Below are positions 11,971 through 27,021 of a stretch of 64,000 nucleotides of DNA, in pieces; position 1 is the first letter of the stretch, and each line of letters begins with the position of its first letter. The position numbers were made by a program, and so were the translations under genes. The stretch is from Bugula neritina (taxonomy: Eukaryota; Animalia; Bryozoa): the NCBI GenBank assembly GCA_964035545.1, contig OZ037767.1, positions 16,089,292-16,153,291 of the forward strand, given 5' to 3'. The notes below the pieces were generated by a model. The model worked only from the letters and a program-made list of their open reading frames with translations, ran no database searches and was not told the DNA's origin.

Positions 11971-14900
11971 ATGGCAGAATCCAGAGTTGTGAAAAAAAGA
12001 CTAAACAACTCGTATCGCTGTGGGTACTGCTCACAGTACTTCAACAAACTTGAAGATCCCAGAACTCTGCCCTGTCTGCATGTGTACTGCATGCGATGTT
12101 TGAAGACTGACATCGGTGGTAGGAAGGATCATATTAGATGTGCTTATTGTAGGTGAGTTACAGTAAATAACACAATATATCATGTCATAGGCTTGCATAT
12201 AATTTTCTCTTTTATCATCTAGGAGTTGTCTCATCTATTTCTATGAAAAGCTAAAAATACTGTATATTCTATGTGAACTCTGGTTACTAACTTGTGGATA
12301 AGGATAGTATTTTAACTAAATATTAAAATTCAATTTAAATGCTCCCACTTTTTGTACCTTCTACTCTCTATAATTTTATATATAATTGAGTTTTGTTTAT
12401 CATTGTACTTGAAGTCAAAGTTTTGGCATCTAAAAGGGTGGCTATCATAATTATTAAGTACTTTGCTTAGTAATTAACATTAAGTCATCACTTTTATTAG
12501 CAGACAACATTTTAGCTAGCAGTATTTTTCTACTTCTCAGGTATATCTGGTGTCTTCATGGATCGATCGATCTGAGACAGTGATTGTGTAATAGCCTGTG
12601 GTCTATATAATGAATGTGTGTTGATGAGTGATGAGTATCTATTTGAGTATTTGTCAAGGACATAGCTGTGTGTGTGGATGGAGTATTTCATTACTTGAGA
12701 CATCATACTATATTATACTTCCTGGTATACTAAACAGAGATAACACACTGCAATTAATATATTGTAGGAAAGATCACTATGACATAACAGACCCCACTAC
12801 TCTACCTGTTGCAAAGCATGGAGACCCGCTGGAATATAAATCTCCACCCAAACCTGCACCCATGCCTTGCGATGTTTGTAAAGATGGAACGGAAGCTGCC
12901 ACATTCTGTGTGGAGAGTCAAAAGAGGTTGTGTCAGCAGCATCAAGAAGTGAGTCTTTCTTATATCATGTCTCAAGATTGGTTACTAAACCAGTTCTGGT
13001 TTGTGTGTAGAATATTATTGAAAAGAAATGTTGAGTCTGTGTGACTTTTTATACTAAACACACAGTTTCACAGTGCAGTGAGTCAACTATGACAGACTTG
13101 TTGGTGAAAATACAACCAACTAAACTGTTGACCTTTATTATACAGACTCACGGAGAGCTGATGGGAGATAGACATCAGTTTATTGACATTGAGGTCTACA
13201 GAGCTTTTCCCCAAAGATATACTATAACTGAATGTGAACATCATAAACAGGAACAGCTGACAGAAGTGTGTTCCAAGTGTCACCAGATATTCTGTATGAG
13301 ATGTGATATGAGGACTGGCTGTAAGGATGAGACAGGTATTTACTTGCTGTTTCTATTTCTGCAGAAAGAAACTGAGAAATATTACAAGAACCTGTTATCT
13401 ATTATTTTATCATTAAAATAAGTTATGTAACAGCAAAAGAGGATGTAGGTTTTTCAGACTGAGTTGATATGAATATTGAAACGAGATCTTGTGAAAAAAA
13501 ATTAAAAAAGACAGGCTAACGGCTAGAGGTGTTTGTCAGCATATTACGGTTTGTGTGAGACAGAAGTGGATAGTGCAGGAGTTTATATTCTCACTGTTAT
13601 GTTGAATATTTAATATATTTTATCCTTCAAGTGTCTGTTTCCTTGATAAGATGGTATAGACATAACTTTAACTCACCGGTGTCCCACCTTTTTCAAACCA
13701 TTCCGCCTTTTTATAAGTGTTTTCTATGAAGTTTCCCCCTTTTAAAAAACACTATTTTATATTTATAAAGAAAATCTGGGACAGGTTCTTTTCCCTAATA
13801 ATTCTTTGAGTGTAAGAACAGTCACTTAGTTTTTGACGACATGGAACAGTGTCTGCAACAACTTCAGTTATTAGCTTTGAAAGCATTGATGCTGCTATTA
13901 AAAGCTGTGAGTTGATGATTAAACTCATTCATTTTAGATTCAGATTTTTTAGTGGAGCAAATATATCTACTAGGTATGCAGTAAATTGTTTATAGGGATC
14001 AGTTTGACTGGCTGCAAAAAATTTCCTTTTGTTTTTTGCTTTAAAGAAACTTTTTAACCTCCATTCGTAGCAGGAGAGGTAGCAGCTAGGGTAGAGTTAA
14101 TATTAGACACATGGATGTAGAAGTAAACTTAGATTATAGAGTGTAGTGTGGATAAATAAGTGAACTAAATAAAACGAAGGTTTTATAGTTATACATATAC
14201 ATGTAACTTAGAATACAAGGGAAGCGCTTAGAGAGCTGGAAAAAACTGTGTGAATTTTTTAAAAATCAAAACCCCTTTTAAGCCCAGATTCTACACAAGG
14301 AGGAGCTCCCCTAAGGTTGGAGCTACTGCTTTAAATTTTTTAACTACATTATTCCAAGTGCAGTGAATAATGAGCTAACCATGTGACATCTTTCTAGAAT
14401 GTCCCTTTGTGTAAATTAGTGCTAGAGAAAGGTCAGCTATGATCAACTCAGATAGCAATACTTGAGACAGAGTCCAACTGTTTAGTAATTACATAGTATG
14501 TGTATAGTGATACATCATCTACCTGTAGTTACAGATAGTATAGGTGTACAATATCATATCTAAAAGTATATTACTTTTACTAATAGTGTGATTTTATGTA
14601 TACAGAAGAGACAGTAGCATTCCATGACTTGGCATCTTTGAGTGATTTGTCTTGTGAATTACGAGAAAGTCTGACTAGTGGAATAGAGACTCTGTCTGAG
14701 AAAGTTGCAAAGTTGAATGACATCTCAAAGGATGCCTGGAAAGAACTGAGTAAAATAGAAGATGAAGTGAAGAAGATGGTTGCCAGAGTAAACGCTGTAG
14801 CTGATGCTCAGGTATGCTGACATGGTGATGTCATCTAATGTATTTCTGTTTGTCTGAAATTAGATTTTGCATTTGGTCTTTCAGTTGTAATCAGAAATGA

Positions 14901-17900
14901 ATTTCATTTGTCATTAAAATTAACTGGCCATTAAAGCATTATCATTCTGTGTGCAGGTAGCAGTAGTCATTCATCACATGTAAGCCTAGGGCCACACGGT
15001 GCGTATTTTCGCATGCGAAAATTGAAATCACAAGTAGCAAAGGTGTCCACTGTACGCGTTGAGAAAACATTCGCACTTGTCGCTCAGCATTCTCAACGCA
15101 AGTGCGAATCGTCTCTGTCGTCGTCACTTAATTGGCTGGTAGTTCTTCAGGGAGCCCAATTTCTTTATTTTAGTGCTACATTCCAGTAAATTGCGTTTTA
15201 TTAAAAGTGAGTGCGATTTAAAAATGAAAGCTTCATTTATCACGCATCACTGGCGCTACAGTGGACACCTTTGCTACTTGTGATTTCAATTTTCGCATGC
15301 GAAAATACGCACTGTGTGGCCCTAGGCTTACTCAGTGCAGAGGAACCTGCATGTCAATACAGATGACTCAATCATCCTTCTGCAACTGTCATTCACTCAA
15401 ACAGGGAGGTTGGCTGTGTGAGTGATTGACAGGTGTCAGGAGGAGGAGACTAGTCACATGATGTACTAACTCTCTGCTGTGTATTATGAAGTGTCATGTG
15501 ACTGAGTCATTGTATTTTTAGTGGGTGATTTGTCACTTTCATTTCAAGTGTAGAGGTTGGGAGGTGCAGATGTGGTTATAATGTGTTACTATTTATTAGA
15601 TAGAAGAGATTAGAAAGAGAGCTACAAACCTGAGTCTAGAAATATATGGATATTTGAAGAGCTGCACACAGATAGTGGATAATTATAGAATAGATCTGGC
15701 CTTGAGTAAGACAATGGGCAGACAGTCTCTGCTGGACACAGTACAACATGCAGTTGATAAGTTCAATGATGCAGGGATTGTGAGAGACTACAAAGAGATG
15801 AGTGGGAAGATGGAAAAGGCTACAGATATTGGTGTAATAGAGAAGTGTGTACTTCCAGACAGCATCTTAGTACCAACATGTAGGTGGAGTCTACAAATAG
15901 TAACACTAACTATAAATAACTTTCTGCTTGTAATCAGTTAAATTGCTTTCATTGAATATTTGAATAGGTGAATAAAGAGAAGCCTCTGATAATTAGAAAA
16001 GTAGATAGGGTTTGTTTATTAGAGAATTGAGTTTTGTTCTACTTTCACATTATGAGACATTTCTGCAGTGTTTCAGAGTTTATGAGGTATAAGTGAGCTG
16101 CTATACTGTGTTATGCTGACTCCCTGCTGTCAGTATTAACAAAATATTCTCACTTAGACCTGTGCATCACGCAGCAACTTGTAGTAAATACAGAATGCTT
16201 GTATTTAAAACATCTTTTCATTTCAAGTTTGAAAAGCTGTTCCCCACCTCCTCAGGTGATGAGATTCTCAAGTTATAGTATTGTTATTTTGTTGTTGCAG
16301 ACAGTGAAAACAGTCTGGGACTGAAGCTGCTGCAGCCACCAGCTTCTCTTCAGTCTGATGGACTTCCTGTAGGTGGAGAGTTTAAGACAGTAAACATCTC
16401 AGCTGATGGACATGTGTTGTGTCGGACAGGAGGAGGTATAGAAATAAGAAATAGAGACTCTCTGAATACTATAATCAGCTCAGTGAAGAACACCGACACT
16501 ACAAAGTGGTTGGAGATAATCCAACCTGAAGGGGTGATGGTTGGCAGCTGGTATAACAGAGAGGAGAAAACAGTTGAAGTCTCACTCCTTGATCCGAACT
16601 CCTTTGAAAAGTCTCGCTCTGTCTACAAGCAGTCAGTAAATGAACTCACTTACTATAGAATAGCTCAGCACCTCTCACTGCTCTATATTGTAGACAGTGA
16701 AGAGAAACAGCTGGTAGTCTGTGATCTAGTTGACAATGAAATACAGAAGTTCCCACTTCCTGAGATGAAGTACCCTGTACCTGTATGCATCCTCCCAGAC
16801 TCAACTCTCCTCATAGGAGACTACGCTGCAGATGGTAAAGTAAGAAGGTATAAAGTGGAGAACACAACTCTCACTCTAATGTGGGAGTTTCCACACATCT
16901 CACGACCATCTGGTATTTCCTTTGATCCAACATCTGAACTGATTCACATCTGTACAGGGATGGGACCTCTCCTCATCCTCTCACTTGAAGGTAAATACTC
17001 TGTTTATTATAGTAAGTTTAGTTATTTTATATATAATTATGTTGCATTAAATGATATATTTTAATAATTAACAGTAAACAACTTCCACTCATAAGATTTA
17101 TTATGATAATGCTAGTAATTATCAAGTCAGTGATGTCATTTTTAGCTAAAAGTCGTGTAATACAGACCGTAACATGCTGATAGTAGATGTTATATTCTTC
17201 ATCACATGACTTGTAGCTAATAATAATATTAGTGAATAATACTGCCTCCCTGCAATAAGTTTATTTCCAGCTGCGCAGTAACATGCAGGCTGTACGTAGC
17301 ACAGGTAAAAGTGTATATTATACTGTATAGGTTTAAAGTGTATTATGTGTAGTGTGCAGTGAGCTCTTAGTAAACTTTCTATTCAGTCTTCCTTTCTAAG
17401 GGTCCACCTGGTAGTGTAGAGGATAGGGACTCCACACTGCTAAGTGAGTTGGTGCTGCAAGGGGTTCAAACCCACTTATCAGCATGTCTAGTTAGTATAC
17501 TATGGAAGTGTTTTACAGTAGTTTTAGAGGTGCTCAGTCTAACAACTGTACAGTCTGCCAGCTACACTTGAGTTATGAGTTGTAGTTTGGCTTCAGTCTA
17601 GTGCTGCTATTATGTTGGTTATCAGATAATTTAAAGATAAATAATTTAATACTTTTTGACCCGCCATTACTGAGACTATTGTAACTTGATGATGGCTGGT
17701 AGAGCAGTGTTTGCTGGTGGGACTCAGGTGGCTGTGGTTGGTTCTTGTCAAGTATTTAATATGTGATAATGTTGGAGTAGCTGCAGTAGTAGTTAGAAAT
17801 AGACATGCATGTGGGCGTGTTCTTGCTAAAGACCGCAGGCTAAGTTTTTGGGTCAAGGTCAATACAGTAGTATAATGAGACACTATTTTCTGCTCTGTTT

Positions 17901-18141
17901 GAATATTTACTCCATGCATATAACCTGCTTAGTTCCATCTTTACAGGAAGTCTGTCTGTTTCTCTCAATGCACACCAACTGATACAATATGATGCTTTTA
18001 TTTACAGGTCAACTGGTGCTTACAGTTCCCAGAAAAAGTCTTGGTGTGAGTGGCCGGGTGCTGGACATTGCTGTGTATAACAGAGACACTGTGTTTCTAG
18101 CATGTGTAGACGGACTAAGGAGATACACAATAAAATACTAA
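11971..18141 (+). CDS. TRIM/RBCC E3 ubiquitin ligase (RING, B-box, B-box, coiled coil, NHL-like beta-propeller), 620 aa, copy A
   Basis: Exons 11971-12152, 12768-12948, 13146-13335, 14606-14811, 15600-15879, 16301-16990 and 18008-18141 sum to 1863 nt, in phase and open. RING CGYC..LPCLHVYCMRC..CAYC; B-boxes CDVC..FC..LC..H and CEHH..C..C..C..C; propeller-like repeats (YPVPVCILPDSTLLIGD, RPSGISFDP). Confidence 0.9.
14984..15327. mobile_element. PIF/Harbinger-type MITE, family 1
   Basis: ~70-bp TIRs (GCCTAGGGCCACAC...), TAA/TTA flanks. Further copies at 19960 and 62772. Confidence 0.85.
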
Positions 18142-19787
18142 ACTTATCAGCTACAGTTTACTAATAATCAGCTCAGTGAGGTACTGAGAGATAAAATGGA
18201 TATTTGTCATCAACATAATTATATTCATTACAATTCAATACACACACTAATGATAGTGTCAGGTATATTATATTGTGTGTTTCATTTACACTGTAATTAT
18301 ACCTTTGTATATTATTCCATGTTCAGCAGAACTTGCACTGCTTATATGCATTATTATATTATAATTGTCATGAATTGTAGTTATTTAAGATATTTGACTG
18401 TATCCAATATTTGTTGCTATTTTACTATCTAATAAAGTTCATTTGTTAGTGAAAACATAGTTAGTTTTCATGCCTCATTAGCTTTAGTTCAGGTTAAGTT
18501 TGGTTACTAAAAAATAATCTTTACTGGAGCAGTAACTGTAAATGACTCCTCTGTGGGAAAATGCATTCACTGAATTGACACGCAGGTGCAAGTAACTCCA
18601 ACATGACTGTAGGCAAGTTTTTCCAAACATATTGAAATACAATTTATTGCTGTGTATACAACAGCATTGAGTAGCCAATCAAATTGTTTCTTGTTGTGCA
18701 TTTAGGAATCTGATAAATAATAATATATAAGGCAATCAACTAGATATAAACACTGTTTTACTCTACACATGAGCTGTCTGTGATACAGTCGCTTTGTAAA
18801 ATGTGTTTCATTTGATGAGTTTAGTTCAATTGGTTGCAGTTTAATTATGATGTGTTGCCCTATTCACCTGGTAGAAATACCATGTGTACTGACAGAGGAC
18901 AACTCCTAAGCATGTCTAAAGGCTTCCTTTTAGTAAACAAGATATCACAATGCTATCATCTGATTGGACAATTCTGTTCTCATGAAACTGCAATTAGTGC
19001 TCTTGTGTGAATTGAGACAAGTTGCCACGTTGGCTTTATAAAATGCAAATAGTGCAGGAAAAGCTGAATCTGCTGCATTTTGAGAGAGCAAAAGTATAAT
19101 ACTGTAGTAGATTACATAACACTTTAATAACTGCTGTTTTTATTCATGTTAGCTGCTTTGAAATCAGCAGCTATTAGTCTGTATACATGACGCTGTCACA
19201 TATTCTCATACTGCATATCATATTTATAAAGTAAATAATCTGCAACTAAAGCAGCATAAGCATGTTTACATAATATCAAATCATTTATTGCATATATTTT
19301 TCTTATATAGTGGGTTCACAAGTGTTGGGCTATTATGTTAACAAAATTCAATTTATCTTTCTGTATTTTCATTTGTAAAATAGACATAATTATGATTGGT
19401 GTAAATGTGTAATAGATTAATTATATGCATATAAATTCAAAGTGTGCAAACTTTTCTAAACATCAAACTGCTAATTAGTTTTATGCTCTCAAGTTTTAAA
19501 ATGTTTCTTGAGTTTGCAAGTTGTCTTAATATTTGGTATTTAAACAGCCTATAAGCTAAACTTTCTTGATTATTATTATTGTTATTATTATTCTCTCGTA
19601 TACCAGACATGCTGAAGTAACTTGAATAGGTGTGCATACAGATATCTTTTATTTTATCCAATAATTGATTGCAATCCTTATGTTGCCTACAGGTGCCTAA
19701 CAGCAAAGTTGAATGAAAAGATAAGAGAGCTAAAAATCTGATGGTGTAGTAGATTACATAACATTTTAATAACTGCTGCCTTCCTTT

Positions 19788-20430
19788 TGTAGTGAATTTA
19801 GCAATTCACTATGTTATGTGGGTCGACTTAACCAAAACTACAACACCAGGTTATTTACGTTATGATAAGTTTATTATTTACAATATACAAGAATTGAATT
19901 ACTGCTAACATGAATTGAACGATTACATAATAAAGAGCCTTTACACACAACTACTCTAAGCCTAGGGCCACACTGTGCGTATTTTCGCATGCGAAAATTA
20001 AAATCACAAGTAGCAAAGGTGTCCACTGTAGCGTCAGTGATGCGTGATAAATAAAGCTTTCATTTTTAAATCACACTCGCTTTCAATAAAACGCAATTTA
20101 CTGGAATGTAGCACTAAATAAAGAAATTGGGCTCGCTGAATAGCTACCAGCCAATTAGGTGACGACGACAGAGACGGTTCGCACTTGCGTTGAAAATGCA
20201 GAGCGACAAGTGCGAAGGTTTTCTCAACGCGCACAGTGGACACCTTTGCTACTTGTGATTTCAATTTTCGCATGCGAAAATACGCACCGTGTGGCCCTAG
20301 GCTAAGCGAAGTCCCAAGCTGCTCTGCCGGCTAGCTACTCAGCGTGCTTCCACTGCGTAGCTAGCTCTACCTGCTATCAATTACCAGTCAGTCCTGATTG
20401 GCTAGCGTTAGTGGTGGCACTGCCGACTGT
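19788..20430 (-). mobile_element. Diverged solo/partial LTR related to the Gypsy element at 51348-58865, interrupted by a MITE
   Basis: Aligns with that LTR from 'tgtagtgaattt' through 'gaagtcccaagctgctctgccggctagctactcagcg...tcctgattgg'. Confidence 0.8.
19960..20302. mobile_element. PIF/Harbinger-type MITE, family 1 (opposite orientation, nested in the solo LTR)
   Basis: Same TIRs. TAA target duplication. The empty site is visible in the intact LTRs (actactctaaatgaag). Confidence 0.9.
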
Positions 20431-20523
20431 AAGATGCTGTCAGATAACAGTCGACGAGTCGTCCCTGTCGATACTAATTAACTCCATAACCATAAGCATA
20501 ACGCTAGCATCTTCTACTATGCA

Positions 20524-20687
<164 letters not shown>

Positions 20688-20913
20688 AGTACAATTGAAG
20701 TTTACAAAATATATACAATTTAATACAATATATAGTTTTCTTGGATCAAGTTCAAACAATGTTGTGTAATTTGCTGACGTGATGTTAACAGAATTCAAAT
20801 ATCTATTGAAAATGGCTTCAACGTAGCATCATGTTTCTCTATCTTTATTTATGAAATAAATAAATTAACATTTAATACAAAGTTATGTTGATTAAAGATT
20901 TTTAAAACCAGTT

Positions 20914-21980
20914 TTATATTTTGTTTGCTAAATAGGTATAATTCTCAGACTCCATCAGCAGTTGAAAAAATCTTTTGAGCATTTTGCCATCAGCCTTTTA
21001 TAGTAAAGGTGTGAATTTTTCAGCTACACAAATTAGTTTAGTTTAAGAGATAAAAGGTTCAGCATTATGCTACATAGTATATATACCATAATTATTATGT
21101 AATAAGATCCACTTTCAAAGGACTGACACTAAGAGAAAAGCCAATCTGAGAGGATTAAAGATTGAAAACCGCAGAAAGCCAAGAATTAAAGCCTGTAATA
21201 AGGTAATAGCTAAAATCTAGAGATATAATGCTTACTATATTAAGTAAAATAACCCCTATAACATAATTATTGTGTATAATAAGATCTGCATTGAAAAGAC
21301 TGGAACCTTTGAAAAAATGCTGTATAATTACTGACCAATCTCGAAGGATTGAGAAATTGAGACATGCTCAGGGTCAGCATTTGTCCTCTACCAGGATAAT
21401 TATTATGTAATAAGATCTAATTTTATAAGACTCACTACTAAAGAAAAGCTGTATACTGACCAATCAGAAAGGATTAAATTTGAAAATCTCAGAAAGTCAA
21501 GAATCAAAGTCTGTGATTATAAAGTTACATAACGTACTGGCACTAGCTGGTAATTACAGTCAGTTTTGGTAAGCGCTGTAAATTCGGGCTGAACCTATGG
21601 AATCTCTCCTGGCTATGAAATCCCTCCTGAGTTATTTGTACATACAACTTTGATGTGTGATTCTTTTTTATTTAGAAGGTTTGTCTTCAACATCAAAGAA
21701 TTGTAGCTCAAACAGCTACATGGAAGCGGTTGATTCTAGCTCTATTTCCGTGAATACAGATATGAAACTGCACCTGATACTTGTTAAACAGCTCTACCAG
21801 TATTAATATCAAACTCAATTTTGTTTTAACCAATAGATAAAACAGTAGATGAACCGTACAGGGTGTGTGTTTTGACTAGTCACACTCTAAAATTGCAGCG
21901 AATTAAACTTTTCATGGATTTGCATGTATCTCCTATAACTTGATAAATCTATTAAACTTGTTTTAAAATATTTGAAAGTT
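20914..21980. repeat. Segmental duplication block L, copy 2
   Basis: Colinear with 1-1092. Confidence 0.9.
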
Positions 21981-23512
21981 CGCTTATTTGTTGGTGATAT
22001 TTTGAAGGGATATTGAGGAAGAGAGATGGGATTATACTCTAACAGACAAAGTGCAGAATGCTACTGGTGATCTGGTGGTAAGAGTGCTGATGATTATAGC
22101 ATATTAACATATGCATGTAACAGCAAGGTACATTTGGTTACGCCTGGATTATCAGCTAACTGTAATTACTTCTAGTTCACGAAAAACTTCAAGTAATTTG
22201 TAGTAAATTATTCATTTGATTTGATAGTTGCCTTATTGTATTAGTGTGTATGGATAAATGGCACTTTATTTAGTTGTTTTATTTGAACTAATGAGTCTTT
22301 CATCCATCTTTTACCCGACAATTATTATGTATATTCAATTTTCTTATAATAAAGAGATTTTCAGCGGAGTATTTAAGACAGTTTATATAACATGAAATAC
22401 ATATCCAAGTTCATATCTGTACTAACACTATCAAGAACAAGCATGAGAAATCTAAAGGTTTTACATAATGTTATTTATTTACATGGTGGGGAAAGAAGTT
22501 TACATTTCAGCGCATATGTTTCAGTAACATCTCAAGTAGATATCAGCGTATTGACAGGCAAAGAAATCAAGTTGCTATGTTGACCACCAAACAAACCCCA
22601 TACATAAGATAATGAGACAACTCTCACACAATGTCATATAATAGTATATGATATAAATAATAAGCAATGCAATAATCGAGAAGGTAAAACAATATTTACA
22701 ACAAGGTACAACAATTGGTAGGATGAAATATAGATTGTGATGTATTATAAAGTGTACTAGCTACAGCCATTGATGTTAATAGGTCATATTATAGATACTC
22801 GGCAATTTAATTCATTGGCTTTCTATCTTATTGATAGTTGAATGTTCCAAAACATGTTATCTGTAGCAAACATATTACCATACAAGTTGAAGAAAGAATA
22901 TCTGCAGCAAAATCTTATTTCATGATGGAGTTTATTCGTTTATACTCTTTGTTATACTCTTTCATGTTAAACTCAGCTTCAAACTTTTCCCTCCATTCGC
23001 ACACTGAAGGTATCCTGTCACATGACTCTATGTTTAGCAGCTCTGTAAACATCTCCGCCCATAATCTCGACTTGTATATTCTGGAGAGGAGAAAACTCCA
23101 TATAATAATTACATTATTCTCACTACTCCAAATGTGAATACATGTAATTATACTCTGGAGAGGAGAAAACTCCATATAATGATTACATTATTCATACTAC
23201 TCCAAATAGTATAACAGCAATGTGAATACATGTAATGCAGCTCCTCGCCATCAAACTTATTATTACAACATAAACTGCTGGTAGAACAATTCCTATTACC
23301 TAAACTGCTGCATGGTAAGGCAATTCCTAATACCAGTGAGAAAACTTGTGCCAGCTACAAGCCTACCTGTGCAAATTGAACTTGGCTGGTTGCCAAAGCT
23401 GGCCGTTGTAGGTGACAAGCATGTAGTTTTGGAAGAGTAGAGTGTACACCGTGCCCAGTATTCCAAACAGATCCGTCTGAAACATGCATGATACTGCTGT
23501 GAATACAGTGTC

Positions 23513-23810
23513 AGTAATACAGTAATACAAGCTGAGTAATACAGTAATACTAACTGAGTAATACAGTAATACTAGGTGAGTAATACAGTAACACTACCTG
23601 AGTAATACAGTAATACTAGCTGAGTAATACAGTAATACTAACTGAGTAATACAGTAATACTAGCTGAGTAATACAGTAATACTAACAGAGTAATACAGTA
23701 GTACTAGCTAAGTAATACAGTAATACTAGCTGAGTAATACAGTAATACTAGTTGAGTAATACAGTAATACTAGCTGAGTAATATAGTAATACTAGCAGAG
23801 TAATACGAGA
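23513..23810. repeat. Intronic minisatellite, ~23-bp unit (taatactagctgagtaatacag)
   Basis: About 12 tandem units. Confidence 0.9.
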
Positions 23811-23997
23811 CAGTACCTGGTAAGTCCAGGGTCTCTGTGTCTTCATCTCGATGCACATGAACCCTTCGGTCTCGTTGTTAGCGGTGAAGGTCGTTCCTCG
23901 AGGAAACTTAGACATGTCAATACCTCTGCCAAAGTCTATCAGCTTTATGCTGGATGAGGAGAACGGCTTTTCGGGAAAAACTTCGGGACTATACGGG

Positions 23998-24862
23998 GTA
24001 GAGTATATAGTGTAGAGTATACAGAGTAGAGTATACAAAGTATACAGAGTAGAGTATACAGAGTATACAGAGTAGAGTATACAGAGTATACAGAGTAGAC
24101 TATACAGAGTAGAGTATACAGAGTAGAGTATACAGAGTAGAGTATACAGAGTATACAGAGTATACAGAGTATACAGAGTATACAGAGTATACAGAGTATA
24201 CAGAGTATACAGAGTATACAGAGTATACAGAGTATACAGAGTATACAGAGTATACAGAGTATACAGAGTATACAGAGTATACAGAGTATACAGAGTATAC
24301 AGAGTATACAGAGTATACAGAGTATACAGAGTATACAGAGTATACAGAGTATACAGAGTATACAGAGTATACAGAGTATACAGAGTATACAGAGTATACA
24401 GAGTATACAGAGTATACAGAGTATACAGAGTATACAGAGTATACAGAGTATACAGAGTATACAGAGTATACAGAGTATACAGAGTATACAGAGTATACAG
24501 AGTATACAGAGTATACAGAGTATACAGAGTATACAGAGTATACAGAGTATACAGAGTATACAGAGTATACAGAGTATACAGAGTATACAGAGTATACAGA
24601 GTATACAGAGTATACAGAGTATACAGAGTATACAGAGTATACAGAGTATACAGAGTATACAGAGTATACAGAGTATACAGAGTATACAGAGTATACAGAG
24701 TATACAGAGTATACAGAGTATACAGAGTATACAGAGTATACAGAGTATACAGAGTATACAGAGTATACAGAGTATACAGAGTATACAGAGTAGAGTATAC
24801 AGAGTAGAGTATACAGAGTATAGAGAGTATAGAGAGTAGAGTATACAGAGTATACAGAGTAT
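23998..24862. repeat. Intronic 9-bp tandem repeat (agagtatac)n
   Basis: Near-perfect array filling the intron. Confidence 0.95.
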
Positions 24863-25420
24863 AAAGACACTTACAATCCGCAGAAGAGGATGTTGTCTGG
24901 CTTGATGTCTCCGTGTATGATCTTACAGCGATGCATGACCTCTACAGCATGCAGTAGCTCGATGGTGACGTACATGACTAACGACTCCGGGATCTGCAAA
25001 CAGCAGACGTAGACATGACTAAGCAGTGAGCAAAGTACAGTGCAACTCATAAACTAAACAGCCAATGAGAATACAGACACACGCCAAACAGCCAATAAGA
25101 ACGCAGCTTACTTTACAAGAGTTGGCCTTCATGCCGTTGACGAGGTTGAGAAGGGAGCCGAGGGGCACCAGTTCGTTGACCATGAGGGATCCGTCGGAGA
25201 AGAAGACGGAGTGGGTGATGTCCATCAGCTTGCTGCCGATATCTCTCTCGATGTCTTCGTCCATGCAGGATACTCGCTGCCGCAACTCCTTGCAGATGTA
25301 CAGTTCCCACGGGCAGCTCGGCTTCTGTGCCTTCACACACACATCGTCACTCTCGGAGAAAGCTGTAGAGTCAAGAGTGTTGCACATAGAGACTTTACCT
25401 GCGTAGAGAGACATACTCGT

Positions 25421-26530
25421 GTAATATAAACATATACTAGTGTAATATAAACATATGCTGGTAATACAAACATATACTAGTAATATAAAGATATACTAGT
25501 AATATAAACTTATACTGGTAATATAAACATATACTAGTAGGTAATATAAACATATGTTAGTAATATAAACTTATACTAGTAATATAAACCTATAGTAGTA
25601 GGTAATATAAACATATACTGGTAATATAAACATATGGTAGTAATATAAACATATACTAGTAATAAAACATATAGTAGTAATATAAACATATGCTGGTAAT
25701 ATAAACATATATTAGTAATATAAACATATGCTGGTAATATAAACATATAGTAGTAATATAAACATATAGTAGTAATATAAACATATACTGGTAATATAAA
25801 CATATACTAGTAATATAAACATACTAGTAGTAATATAAACATATAGTAGTAATATAAACATGTACTGGTAATATAAACATCTAGTAGTAATATAAACATA
25901 TACTAGTAATATAAACATATACTGGTAATATAAACATATAGTAGTAATATAAACATATACTGGTAATATAAACATATACTAGTAATATAACCATACTAGT
26001 AGTAATATAAACATATAGTAGTAATATAAACATATGCTGGTAATATAAACATATATTAGTAATATAAACATATGCTGGTAATATAAACATATAGTAGTAA
26101 TATAAACATATAGTAGTAATATAAACATAAACTGGTAATATAAACATATACTAGTAATATAAACATACTAGTAGTAATATAAACATATAGTAGTAATATA
26201 AACATGTACTGGTAATATAAACATCTAGTAGTAATATAAACATATACTAGTAATATAAACATATACTGGTAATATAAACATATAGTAGTAATATAAACAT
26301 ATACTGGTAATATAAACATATACTAGTAATATAACCATACTAGTAGTAATATAAACATATAGTAGTAATATAAACATATACTGGTAATATAAACATATAG
26401 TAGTAATATAAACATATACTAGTAATATAAACATATACTGGTAATATAAACATATAGTAGTAATATAAACATATAGTAGTAATATAAACATATACTGGTA
26501 ACATAAACATATACTAGTAATAAAAACATA
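25421..26530. repeat. Intronic minisatellite, ~17-20-bp unit (gtaatataaacatatacta) with ~344-bp higher-order period
   Basis: Tandem array. Variant units recur 344 bp apart, also seen as near-identical spurious ORFs at 25712/26056 and 25881/26225. Confidence 0.9.
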
Positions 26531-26656
26531 CCCAAGCTGGTGGATCTGTCGGCAGAAGTGACGATAGCCTTGTAGGCAACGGCGAAACCCCCAACACCTA
26601 CAAACACCGTGACAAGTAAATATCATATCCTGGTCTAGTCATGTGTATCTTTAGTC

Positions 26657-26885
26657 TACCTGCACAGAGAGCACCTGCACACAGAGAGAGCACCTACACA
26701 GAAAGAGCACCTGCACACAGAGAGCACCTGCACAGAGAACACCTGCAAACAGAGAGAGCACCTGCACACAGAGAGAGCACCTGCACACAGAGCACCTGCA
26801 CACACAGAGAGCACCTGCACACAGAGAGAGCACCTGCACAGAGAGAGCACCTGCACAGAGAGAGCACAGAAAGAGCACCTGCTGA
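26657..26885. repeat. Intronic minisatellite, ~18-bp unit (agagagcacctgcacac)
   Basis: Tandem array. Confidence 0.9.
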
Positions 26886-27021
26886 AGAACTCACCCAGCT
26901 TAGACACCAGCTTTACTGTGAGATTTGACACAGTCACCTGACTGCCAACTTTCAATTTGGGCATTGAATCTTTCCTGACTTCTACGTTCTCATATGACGT
27001 GATGTCAACCTATGATACGTA

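Noticed and set aside
17420-17500. B-box-like GGTTCAAACCC in a TRIM intron
   Set aside because: No clear A box or second copy in the window.
24100-24870. 256-aa (YSV)n ORF and similar ORFs at 25576-26626, 26641-26964, 31582-32375, 33126-33336 and 34020-34341
   Set aside because: Stop-free readings of intronic tandem repeats. Only the short BUB1 exon portions are coding.
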